Source of the DNA: Ardenticatenaceae bacterium
GTDB taxonomy: Bacteria; Chloroflexota; Anaerolineae; Promineifilales; Promineifilaceae
Direction: 5' to 3'
DNA: 32,000 bases
Assembly (NCBI GenBank): GCA_020634245.1
Contig: JACKCC010000021.1
Location: forward strand, 46,932 to 78,931
Positions within the stretch are counted from its first letter, which is position 1; each line of letters begins with the position of its first letter. Made by a program: the position numbers and the translations under genes. The notes below the pieces were generated by a model that saw only the letters and a list, made by a program, of their open reading frames with translations, was not told the DNA's origin and made no database searches. Below, in pieces: positions 9,065 to 15,724 of the stretch.

Positions 9065-10230
9065 GTCGTCTCCTGCCAAAATGCGGCCCAATTGTGCAGC
9101 CCGGACAGCCAGTGAACGGCCGTGCCGTGGGGATGGTTCCAGGCCAGGTGCCAGCGATGATGCCGGCCAGCTTGCCACAAATCGGCCGTCCAGGCTACCC
9201 AGGCGTATTCAGGCGGCTGAGGACCATCCCAGAGCGGTTCCCATTGTATCCATAGGACAGGTCGTTTCTGTGTTGTTGCCCAGTTGGCGATGTGCTGCTG
9301 AAAGGATCGACCTTTATCATCTAAATATACGGTCATGTTTGTATTATAGATGACGACGGGAGAATTAGGGTGAAGGGGCACGGCCGTTGCCAGAAATTCC
9401 GGCAGTTCATTGGGTAGGCGGACCGGATGGAGTTGGACGGGTGGATCGGTTTGATGGAAAGCAGCCAACCCTTCGCGCAGCCGTTCCAGCCGCTGCGGCT
9501 GGTCGGCCCAAATGTAAGCAGCCAGCGTTTGTTCATCTGCCGCAGTTTCCAGCCGGAACGGAGCCAGATCGCAACCGGTGCGGGAGAGGATTTGTGGCTG
9601 GCGGTTGGTTGTTGGCGGCTGGCGGAAGGGGCCTTGCGTTTGCATGGGGAATTGGACGGACTGGCCGCCGCCCACATCAAAAAACTGGTTACCGTTTACC
9701 GCTAACGGGTCACCATAGAAAATGCGGTAATTCCGAGCTTCCGCCACCAGATTCAGTCCGGCACTGGCCCCCAAATCGACTAGATGGACTGCATCCCAAC
9801 TGGTGTAGAGCAGGGGCAGCAGCCAGCAGACGCCGCGTGCTGTTTCGTTGGTCTGGACAGTGGCGGTTTGGACGAAGGGAGCTAACGCATCGCGCCGGGC
9901 GAGGATGGTTTGACGCAGAATGTGAGGCAGTTGGGCGTTGTTGAAATCGCGCTGGCCGCCGACTGAGGGGTAGTATTGGGCTAATTCGGCTGCTTGTGGC
10001 ACTTGATTGAGTACGTCGCGGTGCAGACCGGCCAGTAAAAGCAGAGTGATGTCCAGGGGAGCACGGCCGTTACCCACATCCAACAACCAATCCACCAACG
10101 CATCCTCCCCATCAGCTTCCAACCAATCGGCCACAATGCCAAACAGCCGCGCCGACAGTGGCGAATAACCATCGGCGAATTCCTGCTGTTTGCGAAAACG
10201 GTGGGCTAGTTTTGTGCGGAAATCGTTCAT
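9061..10230 (-). CDS. DUF2332-family protein
   Basis: 389 aa. SPLSARLFGIVADWL, LLLLAGLHRDVL, VQTNETARGVCWLLPLL and LVDLGASAGLNL resemble the DUF2332 family (recollection, not a search). Confidence 0.6.
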   Translation of the reverse strand: MNDFRTKLAHRFRKQQEFADGYSPLSARLFGIVADWLEADGEDALVDWLLDVGNGRAPLDITLLLLAGLHRDVLNQVPQAAELAQYYPSVGGQRDFNNAQLPHILRQTILARRDALAPFVQTATVQTNETARGVCWLLPLLYTSWDAVHLVDLGASAGLNLVAEARNYRIFYGDPLAVNGNQFFDVGGGQSVQFPMQTQGPFRQPPTTNRQPQILSRTGCDLAPFRLETAADEQTLAAYIWADQPQRLERLREGLAAFHQTDPPVQLHPVRLPNELPEFLATAVPLHPNSPVVIYNTNMTVYLDDKGRSFQQHIANWATTQKRPVLWIQWEPLWDGPQPPEYAWVAWTADLWQAGRHHRWHLAWNHPHGTAVHWLSGLHNWAAFWQETT

Positions 10231-10287
10231 GATTGATGATTAATGATTGAAGATTGAGCGGCTCCCAATCATCAATCTTCAATCATT
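10231..10287. repeat. Intercistronic inverted pentamer array B (GATTG x4, then CAATC x3, period 7 nt)
   Basis: GATTG at 10231, 10245 and 10252; GATTA at 10238. CAATC at 10266, 10273 and 10280. Positions 10242-10257 are the exact reverse complement of 10272-10287 (16 bp). The array fills the whole gap between the thiolase stop (10283-10285) and the DUF2332 start (10230). Confidence 0.7.
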
Positions 10288-11434
10288 GACTTTGAGGCTT
10301 TTGCAAAATATGGGTCACAATCGTTGCCCCGCTGCCGCCGATGTTTTGGGTCATGGCCGTGCGTACACCGTCGATTTGGGCTTCGCCGGCCTGACCGCGC
10401 AGTTGCAAGGTGGCTTCGGCCAGTTGATACAATCCTGTTGCGCCCACCGGGTGACCGCGCGCTTTCAGGCCGCCCATGGTGCAGATGGGGATACGGCCGT
10501 TTGGCAAAATATCGCCGTTCTGCGCCAGTCGTACACCCTGGCCCGGCTCGGCAAAACCGCACGCTTCCAGCGAAAGGGCGGCCATCACGCTGAACGCGTC
10601 GTGTAGTTCAAATAGATCGATGTCATCAGGGCCAAGTCCGGCCTGTCCATATGCCTTGTTGGCTGAGATTTCGGCTGCCTTCAACCACAGCGGGTCTTCC
10701 CGGTCGTGGATGGCCAGCGTATCGATAGCTGACGCCGAACCGACGACCCGTACTGCATCCGGCGCTTTCTCCACCGGAACCAGCAGCAGCGCCGCCGCGC
10801 CGTCACCAATGGGAGAAGCATCAAACAGGGTGATGGGGTCGGCCACAATCCGACCGCGAGCGTACGTTTTTTGCGTGATGGGTTCCCGGAACAAAGCGTT
10901 GGGGTTTTTGGCCCCGTTGGCGTGAGCGTTGATGGGGAAGGGGGCGAAATCGTCGTGTTGGTAGCCGTATTCGTGCATGTAGCGGCGCATGATCAGCGCA
11001 TTCAGCCCGACGAAGGAGACGCCATGAACTGCTTCGTAATCGGCATCAGCCGCCGTAGCCAGCGCGGCCGTGATTTCTTTGCCTTGCGGCTCGGTCATTT
11101 TCTCCACGCCAATGACCAGTGCCGCATCCATTTCGCCGCTGGCGACGCCGATGATGCCTTGGCGCATGGCCGACCCGGCCGATCCGCAGGCTGCTTCCAA
11201 TTTAACCGCTTCCACACCCCATTGGCCCAGAAAATCGGCCACCAGTGCGCCCAGATGGCGCTGCTGGTTCATTTCGCCGCTGCTCATATTGCCCACAAAA
11301 ATGCCGTCTACCCGCTGGATGCCGGCATCTTCCATGGCGGCGCGCCCGGCATTAACGGCCAGTTGGCGGATGGGCACATCCCAATGTTCGCGCACCGGCA
11401 TTTGCCCGACGCCTAAAATGGCAACTTGTCGCAT
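10283..11434 (-). CDS. Thiolase-family protein (acetyl-CoA acetyltransferase / SCP-x-like thiolase)
   Basis: 383 aa. MRQVAILGVGQMP, the active-site region KLEAACGSAGSA, the C-terminal GGLKARGHPVGATG and NIGGSG motifs. GGAGG lies 6 nt upstream of the ATG. Confidence 0.8.
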   Translation of the reverse strand: MRQVAILGVGQMPVREHWDVPIRQLAVNAGRAAMEDAGIQRVDGIFVGNMSSGEMNQQRHLGALVADFLGQWGVEAVKLEAACGSAGSAMRQGIIGVASGEMDAALVIGVEKMTEPQGKEITAALATAADADYEAVHGVSFVGLNALIMRRYMHEYGYQHDDFAPFPINAHANGAKNPNALFREPITQKTYARGRIVADPITLFDASPIGDGAAALLLVPVEKAPDAVRVVGSASAIDTLAIHDREDPLWLKAAEISANKAYGQAGLGPDDIDLFELHDAFSVMAALSLEACGFAEPGQGVRLAQNGDILPNGRIPICTMGGLKARGHPVGATGLYQLAEATLQLRGQAGEAQIDGVRTAMTQNIGGSGATIVTHILQKPQSQ

Positions 11435-11444
11435 TCATTACCTC

Positions 11445-11477
11445 CGAAATAAAAAGATGGCATTTGTTTGCCATCTT
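11445..11477 (-). terminator. Rho-independent terminator after the 11552..11956 ORF
   Basis: On the minus strand, AAGATGGCA-aacaaa-TGCCATCTT (9-bp stem, 11454-11477) is followed by TTTATTTC. It lies immediately upstream of the thiolase SD. Confidence 0.55.
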
Positions 11478-11551
11478 CGATTGTATCATTTTGTACTGTC
11501 AGAAACTGTCAAGTGAAGTCAGAACTCTATCAAATACAAATTCTCACATGT

Positions 11552-11956
11552 TTAGTCAGTCCATATGTTAATCCTACAATATGAAGAAATTGATGTCACG
11601 GGTTGAACATTGAATTCCAGGATTCGGATAGAGCAGCCATAATATAACCTTCCATGATGAATAGAATCGTCTACTACGGTTTGCTTTATGAGCGGATCGT
11701 TGACTGATAAACTCCACCCGTTTTCCAGATACCAATTCGTAACAACATCAAATGAATCTTTCGTTTCAAAATCTTGTACAAATTCCAGCTCGATTGATAG
11801 TGGTTCGCGGCGGATATGCGGTGTGGACAACCGAACAAAATTCGAACCAGGATATCTTTGTGGCGACATCTGAGTCGGGAAAACGGTCAGCGTGACACAA
11901 CAAGCTATTGTGATGATTGACGCGAAAAGAATAATGGTAATCCTGTATCGTTTCAC
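11552..11956 (-). CDS. Hypothetical exported/membrane-anchored protein, low-GC ORF
   Basis: 134 aa with a GTG start. The N-terminal hydrophobic segment ITIILFASIITIACCVTL is signal- or lipoprotein-like. The ORF is visibly more AT-rich than its neighbours. No family recognised. Confidence 0.4.
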   Translation of the reverse strand: MKRYRITIILFASIITIACCVTLTVFPTQMSPQRYPGSNFVRLSTPHIRREPLSIELEFVQDFETKDSFDVVTNWYLENGWSLSVNDPLIKQTVVDDSIHHGRLYYGCSIRILEFNVQPVTSISSYCRINIWTD

Positions 11957-11969
11957 GTTTTGACCCCTA

Positions 11970-13127
11970 TTAAGGAATATTTGCTGATGCTGTTTGGGGA
12001 TACGGCCGTTTCCCCAGTACCATAACCAGCCCTACAATCGTCAGCACTATTGTGCCGAAGATGACAAACATCTCGCGCCCACTGACAACGTCCAACAGCA
12101 GCCCGCCGCTAAAACCGCCTACGGCCATGCCCAAACCGCCGACTGTAGCCCCGAACAGCCCCTGCGCCGTCGCATTCAGGCCAGGGGGAGCATTTTGGTC
12201 GGCGTAAGCCACACCAGCCAGCCACATGAGCGGATAGCCCAGCCCATTGAGGAGCTGCACCGGAAAGATCAGCCAGATGGTATTGATGATTGCCAGCAGC
12301 AGCAGACGCACGCCAGAAATGGCAACAGCCAGAGTGACGAGAGTGTAGGGCTGGAATCGTTTGAGGAGATGATGGCTGAAAATGAGGATGGGGATTTCGG
12401 CCAGTGTGCCAGTCATGAGAATCAACCCCATGATAGAGGATTCAGCGCCCAGTTCCTTCACATAGGGCAAAAGATAGTTAGTGGTGGTGGCCACGTTTAA
12501 GCCACCGGCAAAGGCCATCGCTAAAAAGAGAATGAATGGGCGGTTTTGCAGCAGGGTGCGCGCACCCTGCCGGATTGGGGTTGTTTTCTGGGATTGATTG
12601 TATTCCAACTTCTGGCTGACCAGCAAACCCAGAAATAACATCACACTGCCGCCCCAAAAGGCCATCTTCAGTCCGTAGTTTTCGACCAATGATCCGGCCA
12701 AAATTGCCGCCAGCCCAAATCCAAAGGTGCCGCCAACGCGGACACGGCCGTACCTATCCTTCACTTCACCCAGCATAAACATGGTGGCACTGTCGGCCAG
12801 TGAATTAATCGGTGCAAAGAAAAGATTAAAGGTAGCGACCAGGAGTAGAACTGGCAAAAATGATCGTAACAACGGCAGCAAAACCATGCTCAAGCTGCTC
12901 AGCAGCAGAGTCAGGCTCATGATGAAGCGGTGCCGGTTGCTGGTGTCGGCTAATCCGGTCCACAGCGGCGCACTCAACATCGTGATAAGCGGCGCTAATC
13001 CAGTCAACAGGCCAATTTGCGCGCCGGAAAAGCCCAGTTCCCGGTAGTAAAGCACGGTGAACGGGCCTATGAAAGCAACGCAGGCAAAGAAGAAGAAACT
13101 AATGGAAAATGGCCAAATATTTTTCAT
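11970..13127 (-). CDS. MFS transporter
   Basis: About 12 hydrophobic segments. The ATG at 13127 (MKNIWPFSISFFFF) makes an ATGA overlap with the stop of the upstream kinase-like gene (plus-strand tcat at 13124-13127). Confidence 0.75.
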   Translation of the reverse strand: MKNIWPFSISFFFFACVAFIGPFTVLYYRELGFSGAQIGLLTGLAPLITMLSAPLWTGLADTSNRHRFIMSLTLLLSSLSMVLLPLLRSFLPVLLLVATFNLFFAPINSLADSATMFMLGEVKDRYGRVRVGGTFGFGLAAILAGSLVENYGLKMAFWGGSVMLFLGLLVSQKLEYNQSQKTTPIRQGARTLLQNRPFILFLAMAFAGGLNVATTTNYLLPYVKELGAESSIMGLILMTGTLAEIPILIFSHHLLKRFQPYTLVTLAVAISGVRLLLLAIINTIWLIFPVQLLNGLGYPLMWLAGVAYADQNAPPGLNATAQGLFGATVGGLGMAVGGFSGGLLLDVVSGREMFVIFGTIVLTIVGLVMVLGKRPYPQTASANIP

Positions 13128-13720
13128 ACCGCCCCTCTCCATGAGGGCAATCCGGCTGTGGATGAAATCGACTGTTGTGCATAGGCCGCTGCGGCATCAA
13201 GCGTGGGCAGGAATTGGTGAGATGTATCGAAAAAACGTAACCGATGTTGAAGGCATTCTTTTTGCAGGTATTGACTGAAGATAATTTCGCGCTGCACAAC
13301 AGTCAGCAAATCAGAGTCATTGTACTCTTGGGGCCAGTCATTAGGGTGCCCGCTGTGTGTTCGAATTTCTTGCAGTTTTTTGTCGGGAGATATGGTGGGA
13401 TAACCTAGAAAGCAGGCGCGGATTTGTGATGGGGCTGCATCGCGCAGGGCGGCTACATGCTGGGGCAAGATTTCGCCTTCAAAAATATAATTGATCCCAT
13501 CATGAAGCAGACTGGCGCTCATTTCGCGCACCAGCGGCCAAATACGTTCGGCGACTTGTATTCCCCCGGCATCAGGATCGATGGTGAATTCTGGTGCGCC
13601 ACGGGTTAAGCCCATCTTGAGGACATCCAGGCTCAGGAAGGGGAACTGTATTTCAGTTAGCAGCCGCCGGGAAAGAATACTTTTGCCGGTGCGGGCTGCG
13701 CCGCCGATGAAGAGCAGCAT
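13124..13720 (-). CDS. P-loop NTPase / small-molecule kinase-like protein
   Basis: Walker A GGAARTGKS lies 6 residues after Met (MLLFIGGAARTGKS). I prefer the ATG at 13720. The longer track start (13771) begins only ~14 nt after the ilvE terminator T-tract. Confidence 0.5.
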   Translation of the reverse strand: MLLFIGGAARTGKSILSRRLLTEIQFPFLSLDVLKMGLTRGAPEFTIDPDAGGIQVAERIWPLVREMSASLLHDGINYIFEGEILPQHVAALRDAAPSQIRACFLGYPTISPDKKLQEIRTHSGHPNDWPQEYNDSDLLTVVQREIIFSQYLQKECLQHRLRFFDTSHQFLPTLDAAAAYAQQSISSTAGLPSWRGAV

Positions 13721-13784
13721 GAGCTGATGTTTCCTGTGTTTGTGGTGGGGTAACGGCCGTGGCCATCCCAAGCAGCCTACTCAA

Positions 13785-13819
13785 TCAAACAAAAGGGGCG
13801 CGGCGCTGTCGCCGGCCCC
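13785..13819 (-). terminator. Rho-independent terminator downstream of ilvE
   Basis: On the minus strand, GGGGCCGGCG-acag-CGCCGCGCCCC (GC-rich stem with one bulge, 13795-13819) is followed by TTTTGTTTG. Confidence 0.65.
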
Positions 13820-13852
13820 ATCGTGAATGCTAAAAGGTTGGCAAGCTGACAG

Positions 13853-14929
13853 CTACTCCGCTTCAATCATCATTGTCCAACCAAAGCGGTCGGGGATACG
13901 GCCGTATTGAATCCCGGTCAACTCATCAAATAACTGTTTGGCAACCGGGCCGACCTCATAATTATTGATGATGTACTCCTCATCCTTGTAGCCAAACTTG
14001 CCTACCGGGGCAATAACCGCCGCCGTTCCGCAGCCAAAAACCTCTGTAATTCTGCCTGATTGGACATCGGCCAACATCTCGTTGACATCAATTTGTTCCT
14101 CGCTGACCTCATAGCCCAGGTCGCGGCCCAGGGTGAGAACCGAGTCGCGGGTGACGCCAGGCAGGATACTGCCGGTTAATTGCGGCGTGACGATGTGCTT
14201 GCCCTCGTAAACAAAGGCGATGTTCATGGCGCCTACTTCTTCAATGTAACGGCCCTCAATGGCATCCAGCCACAGTACTTGTGAATACCCTTTGGTTTTG
14301 GCATCTTCGCCAACAAAGAGGCTGGCGGCATAGTTGCCGCCGGTTTTGGCGCTGCCCACGCCGCCGCGCACCGCCCGCCGGTACTGGTCGGAGATGTAGA
14401 CGGGTACGGGATTGAATCCTTCCTTGAAGTAGGAACCCACCGGGCCGATAATGACGTAGTGTAAATATTCGGTGCTGGCGTGAACGCCCAACGCAGCTTC
14501 AGTGGCGATCATCGTGGGGCGGATGTAGAGGGCGGCTCCGGGAACGCGGGGAACCCATTTGCTTTCCAATTCTACCAGCTTGGCGATGGCGGCTAGATGT
14601 TCTTCCTCATCGACGGGGGCCATGGCCATACGCCGGGCGGAGTTGTTGAACCGTTTCATGTTTTCCCAGGGACGGAACAGGTTGATGTTGCCGTCGGGGC
14701 GGCGGTAGGCTTTGAGTCCTTCGAAGATTTCCTGGGCGTAGTGGAATACGGCCGTTGCCGGATCCAACGTAAATGGCGCATAAGGTCCAATTTGGGCATC
14801 ATGCCAGCCGACACCGGCCGTATATTTTTGGCTGAACATGCGGTTGGCAAATTTATTGCCAAAGCCAAAATCATGTTCCGGTACCGGTTTCAGTTTGGTT
14901 TCGTCCAGAGGTAGAATTTGTATGTCCAC
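13853..14929 (-). CDS. ilvE: Branched-chain amino acid aminotransferase (long, class IV type)
   Basis: FHYAQEIFEGLKAYRRPDG.INLFRP..N..R, LYIRP, GGVGSAKTGGNYA and GTAAVI. The track start is TTG 14983 with no SD. GTG 14929 is preceded by AAGGAG (14935-14940) and aligns with the N-terminus of Bacillus-type IlvE as I remember it. Confidence 0.85.
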   Translation of the reverse strand: MDIQILPLDETKLKPVPEHDFGFGNKFANRMFSQKYTAGVGWHDAQIGPYAPFTLDPATAVFHYAQEIFEGLKAYRRPDGNINLFRPWENMKRFNNSARRMAMAPVDEEEHLAAIAKLVELESKWVPRVPGAALYIRPTMIATEAALGVHASTEYLHYVIIGPVGSYFKEGFNPVPVYISDQYRRAVRGGVGSAKTGGNYAASLFVGEDAKTKGYSQVLWLDAIEGRYIEEVGAMNIAFVYEGKHIVTPQLTGSILPGVTRDSVLTLGRDLGYEVSEEQIDVNEMLADVQSGRITEVFGCGTAAVIAPVGKFGYKDEEYIINNYEVGPVAKQLFDELTGIQYGRIPDRFGWTMMIEAE

Positions 14930-15036
14930 GATTTCTCCTTTTGAGCCATAGAGCGTTGCAAAGGACAGGATATTATCTGTCAAACCCTATGGGGTGTATT
15001 GGGATTCAGTTTGTTAATGACTTGTTGCCGCACCAC

Positions 15037-15106
15037 TGTCATTTCGACGAACAAGGCGAAGAGAAATCTGTCGCAGAAAAGTTTTCTCCCTTCGGTCGAA
15101 ATGACA
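15037..15106. repeat. Imperfect 70-nt palindromic hairpin element (TGTCATTTCGAC ... GTCGAAATGACA)
   Basis: The 12-bp perfect termini 15037-15048 and 15095-15106 are reverse complements. The inner arms GAAGAGAAA and TTTCTCCCTTC pair with a bulge. It lies in the mgsA-ilvE intergenic region. Track ORFs 14941..15129 and 14980..15210 are just translations of it. Confidence 0.5.
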
Positions 15107-15251
15107 AAGGGGGCTGTGATTTTGGGTAGTTTACCACCTTTGCTGTTGGGCGGAAAAAGGTTTGCTGTGATGTAAACAATAGAACCAACATTTCCCCAGA
15201 AACAGTTCATCAGGTCAGAAATTCATCTGGAAGTTTCCGGGGAAATTCCGT

Positions 15252-15722
15252 TTACTGGCCGTAAACTTTGCTCAATCGCTGGCGATATTCTTCGTAATCG
15301 GTGAGGCGGCGTTCGTATTCGGCATTCATCAGCGGCGATGAAATGATGAAATCGGCCGAAGCCCGGTTAGAGGCGATGGGAATGTTCCACAGTACGGCCA
15401 TGCGCAGCAGTGCTTTTACGTCGGGGTCGTGCGGCTGAGCTTCCAGCGGATCCCAGAAAAAAATCAGGAAATCAATCTCGTTTTCGGCGATTTTAGCGCC
15501 TACTTGCTGGTCGCCGCCCAGAGGACCGCTTTGCAGTTTGGTGATTTCTAACCCTAGTTGTCTTTCCAGCAGCCAGCCGGTGGTGCCGGTGGCGTAGAGC
15601 TTGTGCCGGCTTAATGTTTCTTGGTTAAAGGCGGCCCATTCCAATAAATCATCCTTTTTATGGTCGTGGGCGACCAGGGCGATTTTTTTGGTGGATTGCA
15701 TGATGACGTTTTTTTGCGGCAT
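15252..15722 (-). CDS. mgsA: Methylglyoxal synthase
   Basis: [58 protein letters not shown] and WNIP.ASN are near-diagnostic MgsA motifs. Confidence 0.9.
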   Translation of the reverse strand: MPQKNVIMQSTKKIALVAHDHKKDDLLEWAAFNQETLSRHKLYATGTTGWLLERQLGLEITKLQSGPLGGDQQVGAKIAENEIDFLIFFWDPLEAQPHDPDVKALLRMAVLWNIPIASNRASADFIISSPLMNAEYERRLTDYEEYRQRLSKVYGQ

Positions 15723-15724
15723 GT

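Noticed and set aside
8636-9178. Long N-terminal extensions offered by the ORF track. They affect 8636..9178, 19423..20424, 21495..22568, 24448..24630, 26349..27089, 28512..29201 and 11970..13142.
   Set aside because: The extensions overlap the upstream gene or a hairpin, lack an SD, and add residues absent from the known families. Internal starts with ATGA coupling or a good SD explain the data better.
14941-15210. Short ORFs (62 and 76 aa) in the mgsA-ilvE spacer.
   Set aside because: They are read through the palindromic hairpin element on both strands. No SD. This is typical mistranslation of a repeat.
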